Below the pieces are notes generated by a model. It made no database searches. It had not been told where the DNA came from and was given only the letters and a program-made list of their open reading frames with translations. From a virus: a DNA stretch of 64,000 nucleotides. The translations under genes and the position numbers were made by a program. This document shows positions 40,449-50,026 of the stretch, piece after piece. The DNA lies in IMG/VR virus record IMGVR_UViG_3300021437_000012, positions 24,615 through 88,614 of that record; one strand, given 5' to 3'. The first letter of the stretch is position 1, and every line of letters starts with the position of its first letter.

Positions 40449-42053
40449 ATGAATTTTCTGCGATTCCTCGTATGTGCTTTATTTACAACGGTTTTGGGGT
40501 GTAGTAATGGTGGGAATTATCATCCACCAACCCCTGGACCGACCCCTGGACCGACCCCTGGACCGACCCCTGGACCGACCCCTGGACCGACCCCTGGACC
40601 GACCCCTGGACCGACCCCTTACTCAGTCAACGCATCCGCACCGCCCCCGCCGGCCACCGTCAAATGGAAGCCAGGTACAGGATCTTGTTCCGGCGGTGTA
40701 GGTTATACGGGATGCAGCGAAGGTAATTGTTCTTGTGGTAGTGAAGGTATAAAAGGTGCACACGGATTACCATTCAATGTTTCTTTTAGTGGTTTAGGGT
40801 CTGACAATCCACGGGATATCTTAAGAGCTAATTTATCTCCATCTTTGATTGATACTGAAATTTCAGAGTTACTTGATTCTGAAGTTGTAGATAACAACGT
40901 TATTTGGCGTTATCAAGGTCGTGTAATTGCTCGAATTCCATTTGGCACTAAAGATTTATTCGCAAATGGCGGGTCACAAAACATAGGTCTTTCATGCCGT
41001 GTAGTGAAGTATCGTAAAGATAAAGACAGTAAGTGGATCGAAGGATACTGTGATACGCAACTTAGTGGGGATATAGGAATTGGTGGTACTGAAGCTAACT
41101 CAGGCATGTATGATTCAGTGACGATTGGAAATCTAATAGTAGCTAAATTTCTTGCGCATCAATTTGGTCATTCAGTAGTTGAAAATAAGATTGGGGATTT
41201 ACTTCGACGTAAGTTAGGCTTACAAACTTTGATGGCACAGAAACAACCTGTATTGAATTGGCATTCAATTTTTTATGACGAATTCAGCACAGGTAAGGAT
41301 GTAGATATAACAATCAAGGCAGACAACCCAAGTGGCCCTGGAACAAACTTCATCTGTAACAGAATTTATGGTAATGGCGGCGCAGGGTCATGTGACGGAG
41401 TACAGCACACCTTCCTTGCAATCCTTTATGATATGCCAGATCGTAAAAATGCATGGAAATATTCTACTGATGCAGGGCACAGTGGTCGTCCAGTATGTGC
41501 ACCATTTCATGAAATGCACTTAGACATTGAGCAGGACGGGCATGTCGATTTAGCTAGATACACCGTATCGCCTGAATTTTTTGGATTTGATTCAGTGACT
41601 CAATTTCAAGGGCGTCAATTTCTTGAGTCGAATGGTACTCGCTACTTAAATGAACTAATTTCATGGAATAAGGATAGTACATTCGACTGCGATCTTTGGA
41701 TTTTAAGAACCAAGTACGGGATTACTGTCGCGAACATTCACGCAGACGGCTCAGAGACTCGTGTGTGCAGTGGGACAAAAGGTGGTAGTATACCTATAGC
41801 CACACTTGAGGGTACTACGTCACATACCGTTTCCCGTATTACGCATCAAAACAGCCCTGAAGCAGCTTGGGTTTATCGTAGTGGACCTAATCATGACGGA
41901 GGTTTTGTTTGTGAAAAATCAGACCAACGTCCAGAGAAGTGTGTAGCGTTAGCTACAGGATGGAATAACTCAGACGACGTAATTTACGAACTTGTATGGC
42001 CTGCACACGGAAAGCTACAAATTGTGCGCGCCAATCACCAGGAGATACCTTGA
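40449..42053 (+). CDS. Lipoprotein with (PTPG)n linker
   Basis: Lipobox VLGC; AAAGGA RBS; TGnTATAAT at 40420-40428. Confidence 0.7.
   Translation: MNFLRFLVCALFTTVLGCSNGGNYHPPTPGPTPGPTPGPTPGPTPGPTPGPTPGPTPYSVNASAPPPPATVKWKPGTGSCSGGVGYTGCSEGNCSCGSEGIKGAHGLPFNVSFSGLGSDNPRDILRANLSPSLIDTEISELLDSEVVDNNVIWRYQGRVIARIPFGTKDLFANGGSQNIGLSCRVVKYRKDKDSKWIEGYCDTQLSGDIGIGGTEANSGMYDSVTIGNLIVAKFLAHQFGHSVVENKIGDLLRRKLGLQTLMAQKQPVLNWHSIFYDEFSTGKDVDITIKADNPSGPGTNFICNRIYGNGGAGSCDGVQHTFLAILYDMPDRKNAWKYSTDAGHSGRPVCAPFHEMHLDIEQDGHVDLARYTVSPEFFGFDSVTQFQGRQFLESNGTRYLNELISWNKDSTFDCDLWILRTKYGITVANIHADGSETRVCSGTKGGSIPIATLEGTTSHTVSRITHQNSPEAAWVYRSGPNHDGGFVCEKSDQRPEKCVALATGWNNSDDVIYELVWPAHGKLQIVRANHQEIP
40530..40619 (+). 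repeat. Perfect 12-bp tandem repeat (ACCCCTGGACCG x7.5)
   Basis: Read directly; encodes PTPG. Confidence 0.95.
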
Positions 42054-42460
42054 AGAAAAATGGATTCGCAACAATTGCAATTATAGGCATTATTGGTGTT
42101 TCTTCAGTACTTGTTGGGTTAATTCATTATCGACATGCTGCAACATGTTCGATTATCAATGCAGGGTGTAGTGCATTACCAGCAGTACATGCAATTATAA
42201 ATAGCACAACTTCATCTGTACCTAACGCAGTCGCGGATGCTTTAGATGGATTGGATAAAGCATGTCCTGGCGTTGTAGCAGAATGTGCAAAAGGTACAAC
42301 CCCTTCCCTTCACGATCTTGGTCCTTTTCTTGCTGATGTTGTAGACGTATCAGCGTGGGCGTTTGCCCAACCACAGCCACGCGACATTTCTATTCCTTCA
42401 GTCGATTGGGAACAGTTAAACCACGACGCAATTAAATTACATACTAAGGCGGTGAAATAA
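42050..42460 (+). CDS. Membrane-anchored hypothetical protein
   Basis: GGAG RBS plus TTG; N-terminal transmembrane segment. Confidence 0.5.
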   Translation: MKKNGFATIAIIGIIGVSSVLVGLIHYRHAATCSIINAGCSALPAVHAIINSTTSSVPNAVADALDGLDKACPGVVAECAKGTTPSLHDLGPFLADVVDVSAWAFAQPQPRDISIPSVDWEQLNHDAIKLHTKAVK

Positions 42461-42462
42461 CT

Positions 42463-42786
42463 ATGCAAAATACAATTTCAATTTGGGCACTCCGTATCGT
42501 AGGGGTCTGTACGGCGCTCATTGGTATTGTCAATGGTGTAAGTACACTTGCAGGACAAGTCGCACATTGGACATTTAACTTTACCGCTGCAACAGAAGCA
42601 TTCGGTATGATAAAAGTTGGCATACCTGCGCTCATTGCTGCTCTTGCAATTCAGCACGCCCCTGCGCTTAAAGTATTGGCTTTAGAGGCGCAATCACGTA
42701 TGTTACTTAGTTTAGGGTCACGTGGGTTGCGTGATGAAGCTATTGCGCATAAGTTGCAGGATAAAGCTCTGGAGATTAAACTCTAA
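42463..42786 (+). CDS. Putative holin
   Basis: 107 aa, two hydrophobic helices, charged C-terminus, near the endolysin. Confidence 0.45.
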   Translation: MQNTISIWALRIVGVCTALIGIVNGVSTLAGQVAHWTFNFTAATEAFGMIKVGIPALIAALAIQHAPALKVLALEAQSRMLLSLGSRGLRDEAIAHKLQDKALEIKL

Positions 42787-42788
42787 CT

Positions 42789-43634
42789 ATGTCAGTACAA
42801 CGCGCTCTATTAATCGGTATCAATGATTATGCAAACCCACGTGCCGATCTACAAGGGTGCGTACCTGACGTAAGCAATGTAGACAAATTCCTTAGATTCT
42901 CTGTAAGTAAGAAGTACGAAACTTATATTATCACTGATCAAAAAGCTACACATGATGCGTCTATAGCGGCCTATCGAAAATTACGGGACATATCGCAACC
43001 TGGGGATACTCTAGGGCTGATGTTCTCTGGACACGGGACTCAATTACCAGACCAAGATGGTGACGAACAAGACGGGTTGGACGAAGCTCTGTGTATGGCT
43101 GATGTATTCACAAATCCGACGGGGTTTGCAGCAGGTTGTGTAAGTGATGATGAACTACGACACGAAATTGCACTAGTTCCACGGGGCGTACGTCTTTGGT
43201 TTTGGCTTGATTCTTGTCACTCTGGCACAGGTACAAGAGAACTTTTTGCACTGAATTCTTATCGTGCAGCTAAATTCATTGCAGCGCCAGACTGCATAAT
43301 GCAAAACTACTATAATCGTAAACGTGGGTTGGCGTCGATTTTTTCTAAGATCGTTAAGTGGCGGCATAAGACCAGTAAATCTGTAATCGAAGCAGATATC
43401 GTAGAATTACTTCTCGCCGGGTGTCGCGCCGATCAAACGTCTTCTGATGCTTTCATCGACGGTGAATATTGTGGGGCGTTCACCCATTTCATATTAAAAG
43501 CTATCACAGAAAATCCCGCACTTTCGATAGGCACGATTGTCAATAAATGCGCGGCGTCCTTAGCAAAGGCAGGGTTCTCTCAAATTCCTCAAGTTGAGGG
43601 AACAGCAGCAAACTTAGCACAGGTTTATTTTTGA
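42789..43634 (+). CDS. Metacaspase (peptidase C14)
   Basis: ALLIGINDY, LQGCVPD, FSGHG, DSCHSG, GCRADQTSSD, GAFT, QIPQ. Confidence 0.9.
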   Translation: MSVQRALLIGINDYANPRADLQGCVPDVSNVDKFLRFSVSKKYETYIITDQKATHDASIAAYRKLRDISQPGDTLGLMFSGHGTQLPDQDGDEQDGLDEALCMADVFTNPTGFAAGCVSDDELRHEIALVPRGVRLWFWLDSCHSGTGTRELFALNSYRAAKFIAAPDCIMQNYYNRKRGLASIFSKIVKWRHKTSKSVIEADIVELLLAGCRADQTSSDAFIDGEYCGAFTHFILKAITENPALSIGTIVNKCAASLAKAGFSQIPQVEGTAANLAQVYF

Positions 43635-44197
43635 GCAGCAACTTTCAATTTGCATTATCTCGTACCCTTGTTAATGAAGGTGGGTATGATGATGATCCTA
43701 AAGACCCAGGCGGTGAGACATTTCGTGGCATTACACGACGCGACCACCGTACTTGGGCAGGGTGGAAAATAGTGGACGCTGCTAAAGCTACGTCTGAATT
43801 TCCTAAAGGTCTTGTAACTAATTCTGATTTATCTCGTTTAGTAGCTGAGTTGTACTTAGACGAGTATTGGATTCCTATGCGACTTGACGATATTGACAAC
43901 GTACTTATTGCTGCAAAATTATTCGATATGGAAGTGCAGTTTGGTCGTGGTGAAGCAGTACAACTTCTTCAAAGGCTTATTAATATACTAAATCCACAAT
44001 CCGATGAAATTACAGTAGATGGTAAAATCGGTACACAAACGATCAAGGCAATTAATGATCTTGTTAATCACTATGGCGCAGAAGTAATCTTATATGGACT
44101 CCGCTTATTCCACGGTATGCGGTATGCTGAATTACTAGAATCAAATGACGCTCTAACGCCTTTTTCCATCGGATGGATAAAACGAGCGTTCACTTGA
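43631..44197 (+). CDS. Endolysin, glycoside hydrolase family 108
   Basis: EGGY.DDP.DPGGET.RGIT, LQR, VDGKIG..T, GW..R. Confidence 0.9.
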   Translation: MSSNFQFALSRTLVNEGGYDDDPKDPGGETFRGITRRDHRTWAGWKIVDAAKATSEFPKGLVTNSDLSRLVAELYLDEYWIPMRLDDIDNVLIAAKLFDMEVQFGRGEAVQLLQRLINILNPQSDEITVDGKIGTQTIKAINDLVNHYGAEVILYGLRLFHGMRYAELLESNDALTPFSIGWIKRAFT

Positions 44198-44433
44198 TAA
44201 AAGAACTAGAAATTGAATTAGAAGTACGTAAACGGTTACGAGATCGATTACTTGAGCCCCTACTTGACAAACGTATAGAGATCGAGGGAAAATGTCTAGG
44301 TTACTTAGATGCACTCGCACTTCAAGGTGATAACGAAGCAGAACAACTCATTTCACAATTGCACGAAGTTCGTAAACAGATCGCAGACTTAGATACCTAC
44401 GATCACAGCCCGACTATCACAGTCGGAATATAG
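44194..44433 (+). CDS. Hypothetical helical protein
   Basis: TTGA overlap with the endolysin stop. Confidence 0.45.
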   Translation: MIKELEIELEVRKRLRDRLLEPLLDKRIEIEGKCLGYLDALALQGDNEAEQLISQLHEVRKQIADLDTYDHSPTITVGI

Positions 44434-44444
44434 GAGAATGCGAA

Positions 44445-44870
44445 ATGGCTAAGCAGGTCATAATTAAGAAGTCTGTAGCCCCCGATCCAGGAGCGGAAAA
44501 TGCACATGCTGCATTAAGCAACATCAGTACAGCCTCGGCGTCTGTTCGAGCAGCGCTAGATAATGCAGAGAAAGTTTGGGCTGCTTCTGAAACTACACTT
44601 GGACAACGCATCAATGTTTTGTATAATGAAAATCAAGATTTGAAAAATCAGTTAGAGACTGCAATAGCTAATGCAGAAGCCGACGTAACTAAGTTAACAC
44701 ATAGTTACGAGTTAAAGGCGCGAGACCAAGAAGCTAATTTCAAGGAAAAGATGGCGAACCGGGAACGCGAACTTCAGTTGCAGATCGATACACTCTTGAA
44801 AGAAAATACACAGCTTTCTAACGAGTGTGCGAAGCAGGCTGAGAAGTTACGTAAGATTGCAGCTATCTAA
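44445..44870 (+). CDS. Coiled-coil protein
   Basis: AGGAG RBS; heptad pattern. Confidence 0.55.
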   Translation: MAKQVIIKKSVAPDPGAENAHAALSNISTASASVRAALDNAEKVWAASETTLGQRINVLYNENQDLKNQLETAIANAEADVTKLTHSYELKARDQEANFKEKMANRERELQLQIDTLLKENTQLSNECAKQAEKLRKIAAI

Positions 44871-44874
44871 GCTG

Positions 44875-44914
44875 AAATAAAAAATGCCCGCCCTCAAGCA
44901 TTTTGAGGGCGGGC
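44875..44914 (-). terminator. Terminator between convergent late and early operons
   Basis: GCCCGCCCTCAA/TTGAGGGCGGGC 12-bp stem with an A-tract on the left (U-tract on minus). Confidence 0.8.
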
Positions 44915-44936
44915 GAAGAGAAGGGAGAAACTTCGA

Positions 44937-46496
44937 CTAATCGACAACCACTGTGACAGTCCCGGATTTTCCATTACCGGGAGTATTTGACGGATGTGTT
45001 TGTGACTTTTGGTTTTGTTCGCGCCGCATACCGTTGAACTTTTCCATTACTCCGGTCATGACTGACGCGAACCCAGCGCCTCCTGCCTGTGCAACGTTCA
45101 TCAACATTTCTTCCATAGTAGGTTGATGAGGTGGCGTCTGTTGGTGAATTGTTAGTTCAGTGTGCATGGAGTCGATGGTATCAAGTAGCACAGACTTGGT
45201 GATCTTGATTGGTTCCCCCGATTCTCCTACCGATATTGCGGTTAACTTCGACCGTTCCACCACTTCTCGTATCGCAGCCGGTATCACCCCCGCGAGGCGT
45301 TCGCCTACCTCGAATAGATTTTCATTCGGAGATAGGAGTTCTCTTGCGTAGATGCGGACTAACCGTTGTGCTGCTTCCGCGTCCGGTGGTTGCATTTGTA
45401 TGATTGCGTCCATACGACCAGGACGCAACATTGCAGGATTGATGTTACCGAGCGCGTTGGTGGTCAGAATTACCATGATGTTTTTGTCTTTAGAGTCCGC
45501 ACCATCAATGATGTTAAGAATAGCGTCTACGTGGTCCGTTCTGTCCATTTTGATCACACGGTCGATGTCTTCGCAGAAAACCACCACCCCACGTTCTTTG
45601 GTGGCGAACTTCGCAGCGAACTTCATCGCATCTTCGAGTTCTACCGCTTTGTCTACAAGCAAGAACATCCAGCCTGCCTGTACTGCCTTAGCAGCCGCGA
45701 CTGTTCCTGCAAGTGTCTTACCTGTGCCGTAAGTACCAGCAAGCAGTACGCCCCTTTTCACGGGGATGCCGTTGTCCTGGCAGTCTTTAGTACGTATGAT
45801 AGGCGTTACGATATTAGTACGAATTGCAGTTTCGATGCCCTTCGGGTATACCCATTCCTTTTCCATGTTCGGGTTTGTTGTTAGAAAGGTGATATCAGGG
45901 ACTTGTAGCTTAACCCCGTCAAGACTGTAGAAGTTGATCCGCATTGCTTGCCCGTGATAGATGGAGTGTGTCTTTGCGTACTTCTCGATCTCCTCGATTA
46001 GCGTGTTGATCTTTTTGCGGTATTTGCCTAGCGAGTGAATGGTTAACTCGTAAGCAGCGAGTCCGTTCACTGAAGTTATGTTGGAGTGTACGCAAGCATG
46101 CAACTGCTCAATACCGAACGTACCCCACGGTATGTCCGTTTTACCATTAGGTGTCTGCACTGGGATTACCTGAGCACCGTAGAATCCCGGTATTATGATG
46201 TTATTTCCACTCGTCGCACCACGTTGATGGGCGAAACCGAATGTTTTCTGTACTACTTCCTTCACTGCGATGCACCCATCCCACGGCATAACATCAATAG
46301 TACGGCTTATCTCGATCCTTTCTTCGTCCAACTCCTGTTGACGTTGAAGCGCTAAAATCACAGCGCTCACTTCGGCGTCTTCAGGGATTGTCAATGTAGT
46401 CCCGCATGCGATTGTGATTTGATCAGGATCGACGATCTTCTTCTTCTTTGCACCTTGCGGTGCGTTCTTCATCAACTGCTCGAAATGCTGTGCCAT
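44937..46496 (-). CDS. AAA+ ATPase (FtsH/CDC48-like AAA domain, no protease domain)
   Basis: RGVLLAGTYGTGKT, VVFCEDID, LTTN..INPAMLRPGRMD. Confidence 0.9.
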   Translation of the reverse strand: MAQHFEQLMKNAPQGAKKKKIVDPDQITIACGTTLTIPEDAEVSAVILALQRQQELDEERIEISRTIDVMPWDGCIAVKEVVQKTFGFAHQRGATSGNNIIIPGFYGAQVIPVQTPNGKTDIPWGTFGIEQLHACVHSNITSVNGLAAYELTIHSLGKYRKKINTLIEEIEKYAKTHSIYHGQAMRINFYSLDGVKLQVPDITFLTTNPNMEKEWVYPKGIETAIRTNIVTPIIRTKDCQDNGIPVKRGVLLAGTYGTGKTLAGTVAAAKAVQAGWMFLLVDKAVELEDAMKFAAKFATKERGVVVFCEDIDRVIKMDRTDHVDAILNIIDGADSKDKNIMVILTTNALGNINPAMLRPGRMDAIIQMQPPDAEAAQRLVRIYARELLSPNENLFEVGERLAGVIPAAIREVVERSKLTAISVGESGEPIKITKSVLLDTIDSMHTELTIHQQTPPHQPTMEEMLMNVAQAGGAGFASVMTGVMEKFNGMRREQNQKSQTHPSNTPGNGKSGTVTVVVD

Positions 46497-46511
46497 TGTC
46501 AGTTTCTCCGT

Positions 46512-46587
46512 TGGTGCGCCCGGCCGGACTTGAACCGGCGACCTTGAGCTTAAAAGGCTCCTGCTCTACCTTCTGAGCTACGAGCGC
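46512..46587 (-). tRNA. tRNA-Lys(UUU)
   Basis: Cloverleaf: GCGCTCG acceptor, anticodon loop CTTTTAA, T loop TTCAAGT, encoded CCA; 76 nt. Confidence 0.92.
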
Positions 46588-46696
46588 AATGTGATTTATT
46601 TGTTTCTGATCTCTCTGATTGCGTCGAGTGCAATACGAGCCATAACGAATGGTTGTGATACTCTGGCTCTACTTATGGCCAATCTTGTTCATTGAC

Positions 46697-47020
46697 TTAC
46701 CCTTTCTTTGGTTTCCAAGCTACTTCATGATCGAAAATGTGAGCCATCGCTACAATCTCGAAAGTACCATCCGTATGTATTCTAAACGAAATAGAGCAGT
46801 TGCGCATTACTGGTGATTTCGCAATAAACGGACCAACTACCGGTCTAAGCTCCTGCGCGGCTTTACCCAGTGCTTTTTGGTGCGTCTGGATCGATTGATA
46901 ATGTTCTGTGTCGTCTGAATCTTTTTTTGCGCGCGGGCCTTCTTGTTCTCTTTCGGCCTCCCTAATCGCCTTAGCACTTATGCCTAAACTCTTAAGTAGT
47001 GCGCGTTGAGTGTCGTCCAT
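46697..47020 (-). CDS. Hypothetical protein, paralog of 48519-48953
   Basis: HQKAL..A.ELR..N.S....DG.FEIVA. Confidence 0.6.
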   Translation of the reverse strand: MDDTQRALLKSLGISAKAIREAEREQEGPRAKKDSDDTEHYQSIQTHQKALGKAAQELRPVVGPFIAKSPVMRNCSISFRIHTDGTFEIVAMAHIFDHEVAWKPKKG

Positions 47021-47301
47021 TACCTAAGATCCTCTAGTACTATTGTGGCGCCGATTAGACGATCCCGTGTCTTTTTGTCAACTTCGTTCGCCGCCATCGT
47101 CAGCAAACGCTTACTGATTTCTGCGACGCAACTATGGGACTCAGTACGAATCTTCTTTAATGCCTTGACGACTTTAGTTGATTTTTTTTTCGCTTGTGGG
47201 TGGTCAGGGTCATTCCACCGAGCTTTGATTGCTTTATGTGATTGTAATGACCGCGCAGAATCAAAACTCGTTGGGCAGTGTTCACAAGTGAACTTTTTCA
47301 T
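47020..47301 (-). CDS. C2H2-like zinc-finger protein
   Basis: FTCEHC..SF.....L.SH. Confidence 0.55.
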   Translation of the reverse strand: MKKFTCEHCPTSFDSARSLQSHKAIKARWNDPDHPQAKKKSTKVVKALKKIRTESHSCVAEISKRLLTMAANEVDKKTRDRLIGATIVLEDLR

Positions 47302-47537
47302 TACCGTGCCTTCCGCGGAATATGTCGCTCTGCACGACCAATTAACTCGTTATGCCTATTGATGTACTCTTTAAAATACCGTACACCATGACCCTTCTTA
47401 GTATGGTATTTCTCCCACGCTCGATGTTTAACGCAAAAGTCGGATTTCTTACTTGCGGCGTCGCGCTCGCATCCTGGCATTTGACATGATGGTAGCGGAC
47501 TTGGGTCCGGTGTCTCTAACTGTCCCTGAACTTTCAT
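47301..47537 (-). CDS. Small Zn-binding hypothetical protein
   Basis: C..PGC...FC.KH; AGGAGAAAC RBS. Confidence 0.55.
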   Translation of the reverse strand: MKVQGQLETPDPSPLPSCQMPGCERDAASKKSDFCVKHRAWEKYHTKKGHGVRYFKEYINRHNELIGRAERHIPRKAR

Positions 47538-47663
47538 TTAGTTTCTCCTGCTTTTCGTTATGTATTTCGTTACTGTGACTTGTCAATTCAACTAACGAAT
47601 CAAATGCGACGGCAGGTGTACAAACACCACAAGCATATGGTGCCGGTAAATCAACTTTCTTTT

Positions 47664-48002
47664 TCATCGACTTCTCTTTCGTTCAATTTTCATCGACTGT
47701 TTTAGTGAACCAACCGCTTGTCTCATTGACCAATCACATTTGTTACAATGAATATCCATTAAACGCGCGTCTGCATACACCGCAGCTAAATTCTGCGGCG
47801 GCACCCGTACTCCGTATTTCTTCCACCGAAAACCTAGTGCAGTTTCAAAAGTTGGTGCTAACGCCCCTTTACGCCCCCATCCTTTGAATGGTAAGCTTAC
47901 GGATACAATAAGACGGACTTCTAATCGTCCATTGCATCCTGCGGTTCCTCCACCCACTGCGACTTTTCTTTTCTTACGATAATTAGGACAATAGGTAGCC
48001 AT
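47664..48002 (-). CDS. Zn-ribbon hypothetical protein
   Basis: CP..C..CNKC; TAATG coupling. Confidence 0.5.
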   Translation of the reverse strand: MATYCPNYRKKRKVAVGGGTAGCNGRLEVRLIVSVSLPFKGWGRKGALAPTFETALGFRWKKYGVRVPPQNLAAVYADARLMDIHCNKCDWSMRQAVGSLKQSMKIERKRSR

Positions 48003-48532
48003 TAGTGAACATGGGTTGATGTGTTTTGAAGTAAGTTTGCAAAAATTCCTGTGGAAAGACTTGGTTGTGGTACGTGGACAAATTCCTTTAATACTGGTTT
48101 TGTATTCTGTCTGTCAATTTCAGCGTAAATCATTTTAGAGTTAGTTTTAGTTTCTATTTGAATAGTGATAGCTTCTATTCTCCCCTGCACATCTTCGACA
48201 GATGCGGGTATTTCATTTTCATTATCTACTTTCAATATCCAAGATTCAAAAAGTACAGCATAAATTAATGCACCGAAAGTGTGCATTAATTGTCTGGCAT
48301 AATTTGCCCATAGGTATTTATCCTGTGGTACTTCTAACTTAGTTGCAGCAATGGACATTATATGTCTATTGGCGGAAACAATAAACGGACCTATTACAGT
48401 GTAAGCATTAGGACCACTAGGTACCTCGATATCAGTATCAAATACAATCACAGGTTGAATATAACCATCATTCTGATACATATCACGCGCCATAGATACA
48501 ATTGCGTTTTCAAATTCTTCATTCTTCCTCAT
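48002..48532 (-). CDS. Conserved-type phage hypothetical protein
   Basis: ESW...RIEAI pattern; start MRKNEEF. Confidence 0.55.
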   Translation of the reverse strand: MRKNEEFENAIVSMARDMYQNDGYIQPVIVFDTDIEVPSGPNAYTVIGPFIVSANRHIMSIAATKLEVPQDKYLWANYARQLMHTFGALIYAVLFESWILKVDNENEIPASVEDVQGRIEAITIQIETKTNSKMIYAEIDRQNTKPVLKEFVHVPQPSLSTGIFANLLQNTSTHVH

Positions 48533-48953
48533 GTCCAGCTTCTCCCTTCTCTGGCTGGTATGTACTTTGTTCTGAAAAGAGGTTAGAATATGCGATAACT
48601 TCAAACCGACCATCGGGCTTAAACAGCAAAGTAACGGAGGCGTTACTAAAAACACCATCACTATTATACCGAGTAACTAAGGCAGCTAACTCTGCACGAA
48701 ATTCATTCGCGCGATTTAACAACGCAGTCTGATGTGCCGTTATCTCGTCTTGGTGTTGTTTCCATTTTTTATTATTCGCTGTTTGTTCTTTTAACTGACG
48801 CCTGCGTATGTATCTTTCAAACTCAGGGTGCACCCCGGCAAGTTCAGGCTTTTTTACTCGTTTTGATACTGTCTTTTGTATGAGTTTAGGGTCTAGACCC
48901 GCGTTAGTAAGATCGCGGATTAGTTGCTCTAAATCTGGTACTTTGGCATCCAT
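48519..48953 (-). CDS. Hypothetical protein, first gene after promoter
   Basis: GGAGG RBS; paralog of 46697-47020. Confidence 0.65.
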   Translation of the reverse strand: MDAKVPDLEQLIRDLTNAGLDPKLIQKTVSKRVKKPELAGVHPEFERYIRRRQLKEQTANNKKWKQHQDEITAHQTALLNRANEFRAELAALVTRYNSDGVFSNASVTLLFKPDGRFEVIAYSNLFSEQSTYQPEKGEAGHEEE

Positions 48954-48979
48954 CCTGATCTTCCTCCGATGGTATTGGA

Positions 48980-49008
48980 ATTATACCATACTTTAAGGGA
49001 TTTGTCAA
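48980..49008 (-). promoter_or_regulatory. Consensus sigma70 early promoter
   Basis: TTGACA-17 nt-(TG)TATAAT on the minus strand. Confidence 0.85.
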
Positions 49009-49019
49009 GCGGGGATTGA

Positions 49020-49241
49020 CTAAGATTCTCCGACCTTTGGGCATATACCGAAGATGATAAAATTGTGGTCTATAGCGTCATCTATGAATGACTCTAAATC
49101 AGACTGCCTAAGAACTAAGAATCCATCACGCCACACCGCAGCTTTTTGCGTATTGAGCCATAAGTGCGCACGGTGATTTAGTGGTTTAATAAGTGTCAGC
49201 AAATTAAGGTCTTGCACGTATAGGTCGGCGTGGTCTGGCAT
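49020..49241 (-). CDS. Hypothetical protein
   Basis: GGAG/AAGGA RBS. Confidence 0.5.
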   Translation of the reverse strand: MPDHADLYVQDLNLLTLIKPLNHRAHLWLNTQKAAVWRDGFLVLRQSDLESFIDDAIDHNFIIFGICPKVGES

Positions 49242-49251
49242 CCTTATTCTC

Positions 49252-49494
49252 CTATTTATGTGCAGCAGCGAGGATCGCTACAACGATTGTGCCTACTGTC
49301 ATCCATCCGATGATTGCAAGAACGATGAATGCAGGGATAGACGCTAACGCCCACTTTATCATGAACCATACCATTGACCAAAAACTCATGTCGAAGTCAA
49401 CGATTTTCACTCGTTGTATAAGTTCTTGCTTTACAGGTTGTGCGATTGGTATTACCTGTCTACGCGCAATAACTTCAGCGGTTTGAGGTGTCAC
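49252..49494 (-). CDS. Small membrane protein
   Basis: V.IVDFDMSFWSMVWFMIKWALASIPA plus transmembrane helix. Confidence 0.65.
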   Translation of the reverse strand: MTPQTAEVIARRQVIPIAQPVKQELIQRVKIVDFDMSFWSMVWFMIKWALASIPAFIVLAIIGWMTVGTIVVAILAAAHK

Positions 49495-49497
49495 GAT

Positions 49498-50013
49498 TCA
49501 CTTCCCTTCTCTTATGATTTTAGTTAGAATTTTCACTGCTCGTTGATCTGCTAACGTTAGCTTAGTCAGCAGATAAGTAATCTCAGCAATAAACACCTTT
49601 GCAAACCCAGGATCATACGTAATAATTGAAGGTGCGTTATCGATCAGATCACATACTTTAAGAGTGTGCAATTCAGGATCTTCAATTGCTCCAATCTTAT
49701 CGGCGTATCGTCTTTTGCGTGTTGCGCGGTTTCCATTCTTATCCGTATCAGTCATACCCTCAACTAAGCGCGCAACATACGGAGTAAACTGAATCTCAAT
49801 TTCTTGTGCCGTCTTACCGCAATCCTCGATAACATCGTGCAAAAGGGCGGCAGCAACACCAGACTCAGTTTGTTGTAAATTAATCATCATGCCAGCAACC
49901 GCAATTGGGTGCTGAATATACGAACCCATATCGTATTTACGTTGTTGTTGTCCTCTATGAGCATTTTCAGCGTACTTTAGTGCACGAAATACTAAATCCG
50001 ATTTAATTTTCAT
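49498..50013 (-). CDS. HD-domain small alarmone hydrolase-like protein (RelA/SpoT hydrolase, Mesh1-like)
   Basis: AH.GQ.RK, YI.HP..VA, AALLHDVIED, VA.LV...TD, K..D..DN. Confidence 0.85.
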   Translation of the reverse strand: MKIKSDLVFRALKYAENAHRGQQQRKYDMGSYIQHPIAVAGMMINLQQTESGVAAALLHDVIEDCGKTAQEIEIQFTPYVARLVEGMTDTDKNGNRATRKRRYADKIGAIEDPELHTLKVCDLIDNAPSIITYDPGFAKVFIAEITYLLTKLTLADQRAVKILTKIIREGK

Positions 50014-50026
50014 TGTACTTCCTTTA

